Source: Hyphochytrium catenoides
Lineage: Eukaryota; Protista; Hyphochytriomycota
DNA length: 64,000 bases
Reading direction: 5' to 3'
Assembly: GCA_900088475.1 (NCBI GenBank)
Contig: FLMG01001283.1
Coordinates: 8,016 to 72,015, forward strand
The translations under genes and the position numbers were made by a program. Under the pieces are notes generated by a model. It did not search any database and was not told the origin of the DNA. It was given only the letters and a program-made list of their open reading frames with translations. Positions 13,385 to 24,286 of this stretch are shown piece after piece (positions within the stretch are counted from its first letter, which is position 1; every line of letters starts with the position of its first letter).

Positions 13385-15040
13385 TTATGTCTTCTTCATC
13401 CTGGCCTGCTTCAGCAATTTCATCTTGGCTCTATAACGCTGTCGCGGTGGGTCCTGGCAACCTTGTTCATGCCACTGGATCGGGACTGGAAGCTCTATCT
13501 CCTGACTAACTCCCGGAATGCTATAAAATATATTCTCCACTTCAAAAGGTGCAGCTCTGTCAGGGTTCGTTGGGGTTTTGGCGAGATTCTCAACAAGCTC
13601 TCTCCATAGCTGGACTTGCTTCGAAGCACCAAAAAGTTTCTTCCCTAGAAGTGCCTGCACAAACGTGTCGTTGGCTATTTGCTTTTCATCTATCGGCCAA
13701 TCGAAAGCGATTCCGTGGTAACCGGTAAAGGTGAAGGCTGTAGAGAGATTGGTGAACACCAAGTTGCAGTGTGCACAGCATTTCTTGGAAGTGCCAACGT
13801 AGCGAGGCTCACTTCCTGAAGACAAATAGTGGTGTAGGATTCTCATCTCAGCATGTACACCTGCCTTCAGGTCTTCCCCAACTGCCAGTATCCACTTATC
13901 ACGAGGGCTTGACGCCCACAACCTTTCGTGGAGAGTGTTGGGGATCCCTTCGTTCTTCCAAACGGCGTATTCAAGCCGATTCAACGCCACAATGTAGCTC
14001 GCACACCACAAATACTGTTTTGTCATGAAAGCATTATTTCTAAGACTTTTTGGAAACTGAAGACTTGGTCTACGATTCTCCAGCCACTTTTTCACTTCCT
14101 CAACGTCCAGCAACACGAAAGGATCTTGTTTGCTGGTGTAAAATTCCTTCAAAATGGGCTGGAAGAGTGCCCAACACTCTCGCGTAAGTTCGTTCCCTTC
14201 ATCTGGTTTCTTACGTTTGTTCTTCTTTACCCACATAGACGCTGCCCAAGCCAATGACTGACGAAAGAGCCTCTCTCTCAGTTGGATGAGAGCACTGATT
14301 AAATCCGCTTGGGTTTTCGTCTCTTTGTATCCTACTGCAAAGCGTGAGATATACCCAAGATGATCGATGAGGTATTCTGCACGTCTTTGGAGGGGATTCA
14401 GCGGTATATCTCGCGGTTCCATCTTGAAGATTACTGCTGCTGGGATAACCATGTTCTGCTTCCATTCTGGGCTGCGTCCTTGATTATTAGACTCAACAGT
14501 GTCTTGTGAGAAGAAGACACTAGGTGAGATCTTCTGCTGGAGCTCACCAATTACTGTCACCGTGAACCCGAATGCCTCTTCAACCTCCTTCAGGTCTTCC
14601 TTGAATATGCTATCCCCGTTGAGCACCAACATGCCTGAACAGTTGTCATAGTAGCGAAACGTTCTCTTCATCTCATGTTGAAAAGAAAATGGTTCCTCAT
14701 CCGTTACACTGCAACCTTTTCCGATGCGCTGTAAACTCACGTTGGCCACAACCTTGAATTCAACCTCCTTAAAGGGGCAACAAGGGCTTCTTCCTGTGCT
14801 CCAGGCTTCCAGGTGCCACGTGATCCTATTGAAGTGCTCGTGCTCATTGTTGGTAGCGATGAACAACTTCTTGTCTTTATCGTCCCACGATGCCGCACCA
14901 CATATCTCATCCCCAGCAACCAGGAGTGCCACACAATCTATGAACAGATCTCGATGCCGTGAATGGCCCCTCATTTCTGAGCTGTTCGCTTTAACCAAAC
15001 GGCGGTGGAACCTAGTTTCGAACCGCCTCTTTCCCTTCAT
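13385..15040 (-). CDS. Intronless OTT_1508-like nucleic acid/nucleotide deaminase domain protein (551 aa from first ATG)
   Basis: GVHAEMRIL (HxE), YVGTSKKCCAHC (SKxCCxxC), GYHG..F.W and N-terminal ID..A.L..GDEICGA....LFIATN segments; continuous ORF 13385-15136. Confidence 0.8.
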   Translation of the reverse strand: MKGKRRFETRFHRRLVKANSSEMRGHSRHRDLFIDCVALLVAGDEICGAASWDDKDKKLFIATNNEHEHFNRITWHLEAWSTGRSPCCPFKEVEFKVVANVSLQRIGKGCSVTDEEPFSFQHEMKRTFRYYDNCSGMLVLNGDSIFKEDLKEVEEAFGFTVTVIGELQQKISPSVFFSQDTVESNNQGRSPEWKQNMVIPAAVIFKMEPRDIPLNPLQRRAEYLIDHLGYISRFAVGYKETKTQADLISALIQLRERLFRQSLAWAASMWVKKNKRKKPDEGNELTRECWALFQPILKEFYTSKQDPFVLLDVEEVKKWLENRRPSLQFPKSLRNNAFMTKQYLWCASYIVALNRLEYAVWKNEGIPNTLHERLWASSPRDKWILAVGEDLKAGVHAEMRILHHYLSSGSEPRYVGTSKKCCAHCNLVFTNLSTAFTFTGYHGIAFDWPIDEKQIANDTFVQALLGKKLFGASKQVQLWRELVENLAKTPTNPDRAAPFEVENIFYSIPGVSQEIELPVPIQWHEQGCQDPPRQRYRAKMKLLKQARMKKT

Positions 15041-15425
15041 GCTACTACCGAAACACCGCAACAACACGCAACAGGGCTTCCGCCTCTCGAAAGAATGCAG
15101 CAGTTTCACAGAGCTGTGGATCTTGTAGTAGGCCAACTAACTCCAGCAACAAGTGAGCTCCCCAATTTGCAGCTGAGATGACGAACTGGACGAAGCTCGC
15201 TTTCCCCAGAAATCATCTACTACGAGTACAGGGTTTAGGGCGCCACAAGGGGAACACCCCAAGGAATACATCAACTAAAGTCTGTACTGTAAATAACAAC
15301 TCCAACATCCAGAAATTTCATCGAAAAGTGCGGTATTACTGTAGTAAGGCTTATCTGCTTTATTCTTAGTGGAAATATCTATGGAGTTGTGTGGGCTCTA
15401 GACTCTAGACCTCCCCTAAACGAAC

Positions 15426-15560
15426 GGGTAGGCTCTCGGCCTACCCATCCTTTTTGAGGTTTTTCTCTGCGAACCCCCGTAGTTTATACTCCTTGAGGCG
15501 CAATTCTTCTCCCAGACCTGCAATTCCTCTTCCAAAACCTGAAATTCTTCTCCCAGACCC
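15426..15560. repeat. GC-rich hairpin plus ~20-bp triple tandem repeat upstream of the deaminase
   Basis: GGGTAGGC-TCTCG-GCCTACCC at 15426-15446 followed by ATCCTTTTT; caattcttctcccagacctg / caattcctcttccaaaacctg / aaattcttctcccagaccc at 15501-15560. Confidence 0.7.
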
Positions 15561-16013
15561 TCCGAACGCATTACAGAATACATGAAGCCATGAAGCTATT
15601 ATTTATAACGTTCACGAATGGCCATACTGTTTTAGGATTTAGTTGTTGTTAGTTGTACTGTCGTATGAGCAAGCTCTTCGCCCTTGTAATAATAACCCTA
15701 CGAGTACTGTAGGCAATAGCAAGCTGCAAAATCTGCAACTTTTCAATGAAGATGCAACCAGGTTAGAAGACAGTCGGATCAAGGGTTGATGCAGCTGTTG
15801 ATGCTATCTACCCGCGGGTTAAGGTCGTCGCGCCACTGCCCTCCTAGAAATCTTGTTTGTCAGGGGTCATCAGTAGTGCGAATCAAAACCTCGCTGTCTG
15901 CTGGAAAAGGAAGTGAGAGGTCCTGGTAGGGGTAGCGGATTTCGTAGCACCGAGAACTCCTAAATAAAGCGGTTGGGAGCACGTCGTCTTCCGCTTTACC
16001 GAGGGAGGCAAGG

Positions 16014-17239
16014 ATGCTTTTGCCATCATGGCCGACACCTGCCCTCTTCTTCTCCTCTGCCTTAAGCGACGAGATTTTGGTGACGGCACAAGTGAAAAAC
16101 GGGTTCCCGAACGAGGCCCGTCTGGTTGACCCCCAGATTACGGACCGTTGGGTTGTTGGAGAAGCCAAGAATGTTCTTGTGGTAAACATCAAGCACATGT
16201 TCGACGGTGGTGACATCACAAACTTGAAACACTCGTCAGAGGTCAAGGATCAGCTGAAGCTGACATACGCTTATATATGGGAGATGGGCACCCGCCTTCT
16301 CCTGCCACAGGTATAAAGTACACGATGGTAGCCCTAACCTACTCTCGCCTCTCTGACAGCGCATCTTTTCCTGCTCAGCCAACAATTGCAAGTGCGGTTA
16401 TCTTCACCTATCGGTTCTTACTCTTGAGGAGGTACAAACCATGATAGAGAAGATTGCTTAAGCTGCTGCTGTCCTCTCCTTGTCAAAGCTGTCTCTCTTC
16501 ACTTTTCAGCTGTCGCTTATCTCTCTACAAAGAAGAGTAGCTCAGCTCCCCCTCACCCCTTTTGTCTGCTGTTTGCTCACCAATCCATCGCTCCTCTGGT
16601 GCTGTTTCCTTAGCGTTCGGGACTTCGACCTACACCTATTGGCAACCACAACTTTATTCATAGCCGCTAAGGTACGACCGCTCCTCGGCTGTGAGATCCA
16701 GCCGGCCTCACCGCCTCGCGACCGCTCGGTCCCTTTCCAGGTTGATGAAGTACCCCGGCGACTACGTGACGTTATTTCTATGGCCCATTATGTGCGCCAT
16801 CCCGAAGCTCCTCCTATTGCTGCTGATAAGGTAGAATGAACTCTGTGCAGCCTGCAACCAGGACTCACGAGATTGATCAGACACCCTAATCGATGTAGAT
16901 ATACTGGGATATGAAGGCCAAGATCATCGAAATGGAGCAAGTGGTAAGACCAGCAATGAGGCATGATAAGAAAGGATCTTCGCGGTGAATAAGTAACTCC
17001 TGATCCTCTTTCATGTCCTAAGATTTTGAGGGTGCTCAGGTTTGATGTGGACGTGCAGCACCCATATTCATTTCTCCTCAACTATTGCAGAGCCCTGAGG
17101 TAGGACAGAAGCCTGTGAGATCATGTCTCTTAGGCTGACTTGACCATCCGCCTTCAGAACACCCGCGATTGTAGCTCAGTCCGCTTGGGCTCTTTGCAAT
17201 GACAGCTTTCGATGTGTCAAGTGCTTCGCAGTACGTTGA
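16014..17239 (+). CDS. CCNQ: Cyclin Q (FAM58A)-like transcriptional cyclin, ~7 exons; C-terminus uncertain
   Basis: Spliced product YIWEMGTRL..TIASAVIF.YRF..LFIAAKVDEVPRRLRDVI..YWDMKAKII.ME..ILRVLRFDVDVQHPY.FLLNY..AQSAWALCNDS. Confidence 0.78.
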
Positions 17240-17407
17240 TATCTCATATCTAGCAGCTGTCAATATCAATATTCACTTACATCTTACATCTTTTAACGTA
17301 AACGCTTTGTTTAAACTTACCCTTGGAAAAAGGATTGCCTGAGCTCTTCTGTGTACCTGGGCCTGCTTACCTCTTCCTGTTTGTTCTCTCTAACAATCAC
17401 ATGAACA

Positions 17408-17770
17408 TCAGTCCTGGTTTCTTTTGCTAAGTGCCCCTGGGCCTTGCGAAGAGCCTCTTGCTGTTCTAAGCTCTTTTTCCTGTGGAGCAAGTACTCCGCG
17501 CCCAAATCTCACTAATCCTTCCTCTTCTTCAACACCTGTTCCAGTATCCGCCTCATGATATCGCGCTTTCCTGTCTCTGTGTGGCCTATGAACTGTCCGA
17601 GGTGCGTGCCAATTGCAAGAACTACTAGCGTGTTGCATTGGCTTTTTGCTAACACTTCCCATCTGTAGGAGGCACCGCCAACATTGTCAGAGACATCTCG
17701 GTGGTATACCGTCTTGGGAGGGAGGTGGGTAGTGAACGTATAGATTCTAAATTGATTACCTCATTGACAT
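17408..17770 (-). CDS. Putative small spliced protein (~69 aa) with one hydrophobic segment
   Basis: MSMR|WEVLAKSQCNTLVVLAIGTHLGQFIGHTETGKRDIMRRILEQ|EKELRTARGSSQGPGALSKRNQD* using two canonical frame-preserving introns. Confidence 0.35.
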
Positions 17771-18852
17771 GACTTTCTTTAAAAAGGGAAGAGGATATCC
17801 GCGAGCTTGTCTCTCTGCTGACCAACAACGTTCTTCTAGCGCTCTCATCCCCTGTTCACCGCCATCAGCCTTGATCTATGGGCAATAGAGCGCTATACCA
17901 GAGCGCTACACCTTCACGCCTGACACCCAACGTCGTTATTTATGAGTCAACCTCTCCATTATTTATGCCTTCCACGACAGCTGTCAACACAAGCATTATA
18001 GTAAATACTAATCCTAAACAGACGTTGACAACCGGTCCTTGGCGAGAGGCGGAAGTCTACTTTACTTGCCGATGTCGTGCCTAAACTGTCTGTCGTGCTT
18101 AAACTTGTGCTCCGGAGCCTCGGTAATAGTTTCTCCTGCGTGTGCTCTTCTCTTCTAAATCTCGCAGGATCGGGTGCAGACAGGCGCCTAACTTTGTATA
18201 TTGTCCTTGACGATACCGTCAGGTGTTGAGGTTAAGAGCGCATGCTCCGTTCCTGTGAGAGTGTGACTCAATATGCGGCGTTGGTATGTGTCCGTAAACG
18301 CGTTGAGAGTCTAGTAAGAACCGCTGCAGTCTGTTTCTAGCGATGTGAGGACGTGCAGCTGGCGGCCCCCTGTATTGGGACATAGGTTGTCAAGCTCGCA
18401 TGGCAATGGCACCCTGTCACCGTCATCCCAGCGTCAGCAGCCCTTCAGGGAGGATGAGACACAAAATCCTATGAATGACACAAACTGATTGCTTGACAAC
18501 ATATGTGCCAGCACACGCCCCTTGAGGCTTCACTTGGTGAATCTTTGAGCGTTTGATGTGCTGACTAGAGTCGGAAGGGATACTTGCTCGATGAGCAGGT
18601 GGTGGCCAGGTTGGATAGATGCAGGCTGTATATATATATCATTAGAATCTTTTTAGGTGTTTAGATTACCGTGGCCCCTGCATAGCTCTTATGCCCTTTC
18701 AGCTGCGAGAGAGTAATCCCGCTGTCCACGGTGCTGCTGTGTGACCATTTGTCCCAGTAATCTAACGGTGATTTGTAGCTAAAACAAGACTTTTAACGGC
18801 TGACAATGCGACCGGGTTGGTGCCGCCTGGCGTCGTGGATAGTATAGAGCAA

Positions 18853-19107
18853 TTACATCCCGTCGCGATTTCGTAAGTTCTTCATGGGAACATCATGAGG
18901 GACTTCCATCTTCTGCTCCTCGCTGTGCTGCTCGTCTGAGCTGTCATAGTTTGGATCATTCCGGTCCAGCACAGCGCCGTGCACCAGGTCATCAGCGCCT
19001 GCCACGCCCCAGACTCCCTTGCCTCCTGCTCCTCCTTTCTTGGGTGTGCCCGTGACACCAGTCCTAGAGCGCCTGTCTTTGTCTATGTTCTTGGGAGTCC
19101 GTGTCAT
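18853..19107 (-). CDS. 84-aa hydrophilic protein with Stf2/Tma10, SERBP1/HABP4 and PDCD4-N-like motif
   Basis: MTRTPKNIDKDRRSRTG..PKKGGAGGKGVWG..LDRNDPNYDS; ATG lies 1 nt after a 5'UTR intron (19109-19194). Confidence 0.8.
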   Translation of the reverse strand: MTRTPKNIDKDRRSRTGVTGTPKKGGAGGKGVWGVAGADDLVHGAVLDRNDPNYDSSDEQHSEEQKMEVPHDVPMKNLRNRDGM

Positions 19108-19381
19108 TCTGCAACAACAGTGTGAAGAGACAAGCCCATCAGTCAGCACACCAGATAGGCCTCAGGGAAGAGCACGTTCTCGTTGTTACCTTACCTTGCA
19201 AGGGCTGATAGATGAAGTTAGTGCTAATATTGATTCTTGGATGAGCTTGGATCTTGTTCACAAAGATTGTAGCCTTGTCAAGGGCTTCTCGGTGGCTGTG
19301 AAACTTCGTGACTGTGACCAACGCTGGGGAAGACAGATAGATAGCCCAGAAAAGACACGTGCATTGGCGGGTGGATCAACC

Positions 19382-19466
19382 AGGGAGAGAGGCAGAGAGC
19401 GAGAGAGGAAAGAGAGGAGAGCGAGCGAGAAGAGCGAGCGACAGGAGAGAGCGAGCGAGAGAGTGA

Positions 19467-19511
<45 letters not shown>

Positions 19512-19520
19512 TGAGTGTGT

Positions 19521-19554
<34 letters not shown>

Positions 19555-19557
19555 GAG
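19382..19557. repeat. (GA)n/(CT)n microsatellite
   Basis: Long GA runs with an internal gagagagtgagtgtgtga unit present twice. Confidence 0.95.
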
Positions 19558-20154
19558 GCTTCGCAGGGCGAACTTCCTTCCTTCTTACCTTATACTAGGA
19601 CGACAGGTGAGTGGGGCGTTTCTGTGCCCTTTCCAACCTGATAGATCTCACTATCTAGCGCTTGACTCTGTCTTTTTGACTCAAGCTGTCTAAGACTGGG
19701 CTCTTACGTTACAGTTGTTTCTTATCTCACATCTCGCCTGGCGCTCTGTCTGCTGCAAGTGATAAGAACAACTCCCTCTTCTTCAACTAGATCACCCCCC
19801 TTCTTTTTTGACCAACCACTGGGGAGGTTCACAACTGAATGAACGTATCCTAAAGGACTATCAGGCTTAATCGATCCACTAATGAGGACCCATTAGCTTC
19901 CCAGACCTTGCAGGATAATGAGGGGTAAGGGTTGAAAGACAGAGAATATCCTGATGAGACAGAAAGCATCCTGACGAGACAGAGAGGTTTTAGTAAAAGG
20001 GAGAGAGGGAGGAGAGATATTGAAAGGGAGAGGGAAAGCGCGCCATCAGATGGAAAGAGATGAGTCAGTGTTATTATTAGGGGAAGAACAACAGCAAGAA
20101 GGGCAAGGGAAGAAACAGGAGGGAGAAAGAGATGGAAGAAGTGAGTAGAAGGAG

Positions 20155-20326
20155 TGAGAGAAAGAGATGGGAACGGAGAGATAGAAAAAAGAGATAGAAA
20201 GAGAGAGNNNNNNNNNNNNNNNNNNNNNNNNNNNNNNNNNNNNNNNNNNNNNNNNNNNNGAGAGAGAGAGAAAGAAGAGAGAGAAAGAGGGAGAAGAGAG
20301 AGCGAGAGAGAGAGGGAGAGAGAGAC
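20155..20326. repeat. GA-rich simple repeat containing an assembly gap (N 20208-20259)
   Basis: GA repeats flank 52 N bases. Confidence 0.95.
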
Positions 20327-21138
20327 AAAAGTACTACTCGTAATAATTGAAAGGACGCAATCAGTAAGAACGAAAGGTAGGGAATCCAAAGCAGAAGTCA
20401 AGGAAGTACCGGCCTCACACTAGATTTCTTAGGCTCTGGAGGTCAAGATGCAGCCAGCAGCCAGTGCGCAAGAGAGCAGCAGGTTTCTGAAGCGCAACCT
20501 CGGCCCCTCAACAGCGGAGCTATAACGAGAGAGAGATTTTTCATTCTTGTGGGGACATTAGCTCATTCCCAGCGCGATGTTATCGCCAAGCGCAGTCTTT
20601 TATCGAGATAGTGATCTCCAGTTGCCATCTCCCCTTCACAGGGCCTCTCTGGTCATCATGACATGAGCCGCTATGCTTGAACATCGTAGCTTTTATCTCA
20701 CACTAGGGCCGATCACCTGCCCCCCAATGCTAAGTCTATGTTAAGCTGTCGTCTCCGCCTAATAAGGCTTTCTGCGCATAGAGTAATGCTGTTGGCCTTT
20801 CTCATAATAGGGATGACTTACTCTCGGTTGAAGGATGCTGTTTTAACCCTGCACAGACGGGGAAGTTAACATCATCGAAACATATTCAGGCGGAGTGAGG
20901 GCGTAGGTTAGCTCTGATCGTGCTTTCTGGCCCCTTAGTCATATCTCTCAAACAAAACTCGCAAGTTGCCCATGGACAAATTGTTGGTCGCCCATACTCT
21001 TGTCCACGGTGTGCTTTAGAAGGACGGAGAAGAGTTAAGTTGTGGAGGACTTTCTCATTCAGCCAAGTAGGCTATAAGACGTTCAAGCCAAGCGTGCATT
21101 GTCGACGCGAGGCTTATAAATAGAGACGAGACTAAATG

Positions 21139-22353
21139 TTAATGCTTCTTGTTGGCCATAGTGCTTCGACAGTCGTTGCAGTACCACTTTCCTACAGGCT
21201 GTGGTGTCGAAAAAGTATTGACCGAAGAAAGGAGCAAGGAGGTACAAGGGGAGAGAGCGAGAGACGCGTAGGTAGTAGGGAAGTTAGGCTTGTGTCTCTC
21301 ACGTAGTAGATCTGAAACTGAAACCTACCTGCTGTGTAAGCCCCACACACTCAAAGTGGAACCACTCGTACTTGCACTCATCATTGTCACAACCCACCAT
21401 CTGACCAAAGGACACCTGAGAAAGGAATACATCCTCAGTCAATGCGCAGACGTGAATACGACGAGAGCCCTGGCCCACTTACTCTTCGGCAAAAACAATA
21501 AATCGGCTCGTTGGGATCGACCGGCAAGTCGTCGGTACTAGGCACTTGAACCTACAAAATTCAAGAGAGAGGCACAGGAAAAGATGAAAGGCAATTTTGG
21601 TTAAGGGCCTGTTATACAAAGTTTGCCAAGAGTGACTTACCGCGGCAGTCTCTTCAGCAGTAGCCTTCCGTCGTCCTCCACCGGTGCTCTGCCGCTAAAA
21701 GGTTACTCCGCAATAAGGCATCATCCACAAAAGCGACTTTTTCCGCATAACCATACCTTGCGTTTCTTCTCCTTCTCATCTTCAAATTCCCCATTGGCTC
21801 TAAGGTTCTGTTCAAACTTGGCCAGGTCTGCATCTTTATAGCAAGAAGGATCAGCGCTCATGGTGCCCGTGTCATCGATGTACACAGACTAGTTACCTAG
21901 CCGCTGTATGTGTTGATCAACAAGGTCATAGGTCTGCATGGCGATAGCAATCTTCTCGTCACTCTTTTCTATAGCCTTTTGTCTTTTGGCACGGATCATG
22001 TGCATCAGCTCTTCATCCTCTATTGCTTTTTGTAGATCCGAACCAGACGGCTGCATTGAACGGTAAGGCGGATGCAGAAACTAAGCTGTTGCACGGCGAC
22101 GGGGCTAGTATCTACTTACGGCTTCCTTCACACGCTTCCTGGCCTGCTGTAAGAACTTTTTATGATGATCTTTGATGTCTTTGACGAGCGCGTTCGAGTC
22201 CTATAGCGGATTGTTTAGCAGACAAGGCGCTGAGCCTATATCCTCTTGGCAGCTGTTTACCTTATCGAGTTCTCGCATCAGATCAAAGTTACGCTTAATC
22301 TCCGCTGGCAAAGTGATGATTGAGTCTAGGTACTCCTCAAGATATGTCCCCAT
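21139..22353 (-). CDS. ING-family (inhibitor of growth) PHD-finger protein, 8 exons
   Basis: [31 protein letters not shown]-domain; [22 protein letters not shown]; [49 protein letters not shown] finger. Confidence 0.95.
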
Positions 22354-22886
22354 GACTCTACGTAGTCGTCCCTTTCAGAAAGGATCAATGCTTGCCGCGT
22401 GGCTAAAGTTCAAGGAAAGTTCTCGTAGGCGTGGCTCATGAACCAGCTACCGTTTTGGCCTTTATCGAGACCCTAATAGACATGAGCCGCTGTCCGGTGG
22501 CAGCGAGAGAAAGAGAAGGTAAGCGGAGTTACCTCAACCACCATAAGTGAGCCTGCCTTCGTACAGTGACGGTGCCCATGAAGGATAAAAATGCAATAAG
22601 AAGATCTGCAGATTTCTGGAAATCTCAAATTTTTGGATTTTATCGAGTACCAGACGCTTTTGGGAGAGGGAAAACCATTGGCGGCTATCCGTTAGCGGAC
22701 GGAGATAATAGCCCATGGTGAATAACGGGATGGTGTCGACATCAAGAGACACAGAGCAGCAAGCAAGACGCAAAGTGGTGGTTCGTCTCAACGATTGCAT
22801 CATGGCGACGACGAGGGAACTGGTGATAAGGAGGAGGATTATGATTTATGATGAAGACGTGTACATGCATACACCAGTAGTAGTAA

Positions 22887-23738
22887 GTGAATAGCGAGGT
22901 AAGAGCCTTCTTGGCCGATAATGGACGGAGGACGTCAATAGATATACTACCAAATGGCAAGGTGGTGGTGGTCCGATTGATGAGCGTAGCCTCGACGCAT
23001 GACACGACGATAAGAAAAGTCTCTCAGTCTGATGAGCTGGTGCCCTTAGTGGTAGGTGCTGTGACCTCTAACAGAACCCCGAAAACCAGAAGAAAGCAGC
23101 TTTAGAAGACGCCACTCCTCTGTTGATCGACCTATCTATTAGGAAGTGGATCTACTTATGAGAAGGAGGAAGCGGGATATGAACTGGCCAGACTGGTGGA
23201 GAAGAACACTGAGAATCTTCGTGCTCTCCACGCGGCTGGAGGCATTTCAGAGCTCCTCAACGTGATAAGAACTGGACCTGACAACACGTATGCAAGTGAA
23301 ATGGCCACGAATGCACTAGTGTGGGTGGTGCGCGACGATGCTGACACTGCAGTTGTATTGTACCAGGATGGAGGTCTTCCACTCTTTATCAATCTCATTA
23401 AGCACTTGTCAGAGCGGCAAAGAGAATGGGCATCCTTTATTGTTGGGCAGATGGCCATCTTAAGCTGGGACCACAAGAGGTTTGTCGGGGAGGCTGGAGC
23501 GGCGCAGGCTCTGCTGGATTATATTGTCAGTGTTGAACACGATGAGCAAAAGCTAGTTCCAGCTGCTAAAGCTCTCTCTAATTTAACGTATGACACTTCT
23601 ACCAATATGGCCACAGTTGTCAGTTTGGGAGGCGTTCCCATCTTTAAAGACATCTTGGATGAGGGCATAGCACCGCTCTTACAGGATTGCGTAAAGGCCA
23701 TCTTAAGAGAGATCGCGGTATGGCAAGCCCACCAATGA
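22887..23738 (+). pseudogene. Armadillo-repeat gene, apparently frameshifted
   Basis: ARM motifs (AGGISELLNVIRTG, GGLPLFINLI, LGGVPIF); upstream NPENQKKAALEDATPLLIDL lies in another frame and is rejoined by removing a CTAT duplication at ~23132-23139. Confidence 0.6.
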
Positions 23739-24286
23739 ACGACGATTGCGGTGCCGTTTACGTTATTGGTGCCTTCTTAGGAGCAGCCTTTCTGGAGACT
23801 TCCTTCCTGTGGAATGATCTCAATCAGAAGGAAGCGGCAATTGCGAAAGCTGATTGTTAATGAGGAGTCCGAACACCAGACTCCGGCTGTCCTTCACTCG
23901 TCCTTCTCGCCCGGACCATTGACCGCTATAACATTGGCCCCTACAACCAAGAACCTTTCCTTCTCCTCTTCCTGCCTCAGCCACGCAGAACCACCCTGCT
24001 GCAGCAGACATTCAGGTCACCACCAGAAGCATTTGTGACGCGTTTATTAGGTTGATGTGGAGCTGTCGTCGCTGCGGCTATAGTAGATAGTGGTGCAATC
24101 TAGAAAGAGCGAGCCGGATCTACTATCACACTCCTCACACCTCTGTCGTTGTTTCCTTTTTCTGTCGTCTTTCAACTCGTACTAGGCTCCCTCCCTCCAA
24201 CATCAAGCTGAAGCTTGCGCTAGAACCTCGCGCTTCTTTTGTTTTTGAAGCTTTTACTATCTATGTCATCATGTCATGCTTCTATC

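Noticed and set aside
17878-18487. Possible plus-strand spliced gene or ncRNA
   Set aside because: Could not build a convincing frame or structure
19139-19321. ORF as an N-terminal coding exon of the Stf2-like gene
   Set aside because: Non-ATG start, and splicing gives CAA GAA TGA, out of frame with MTRT; treated as 5'UTR
19850-20423. Leu/Ser- and Arg/Glu-rich ORFs
   Set aside because: Artefacts of GA/CT repeats and the N gap
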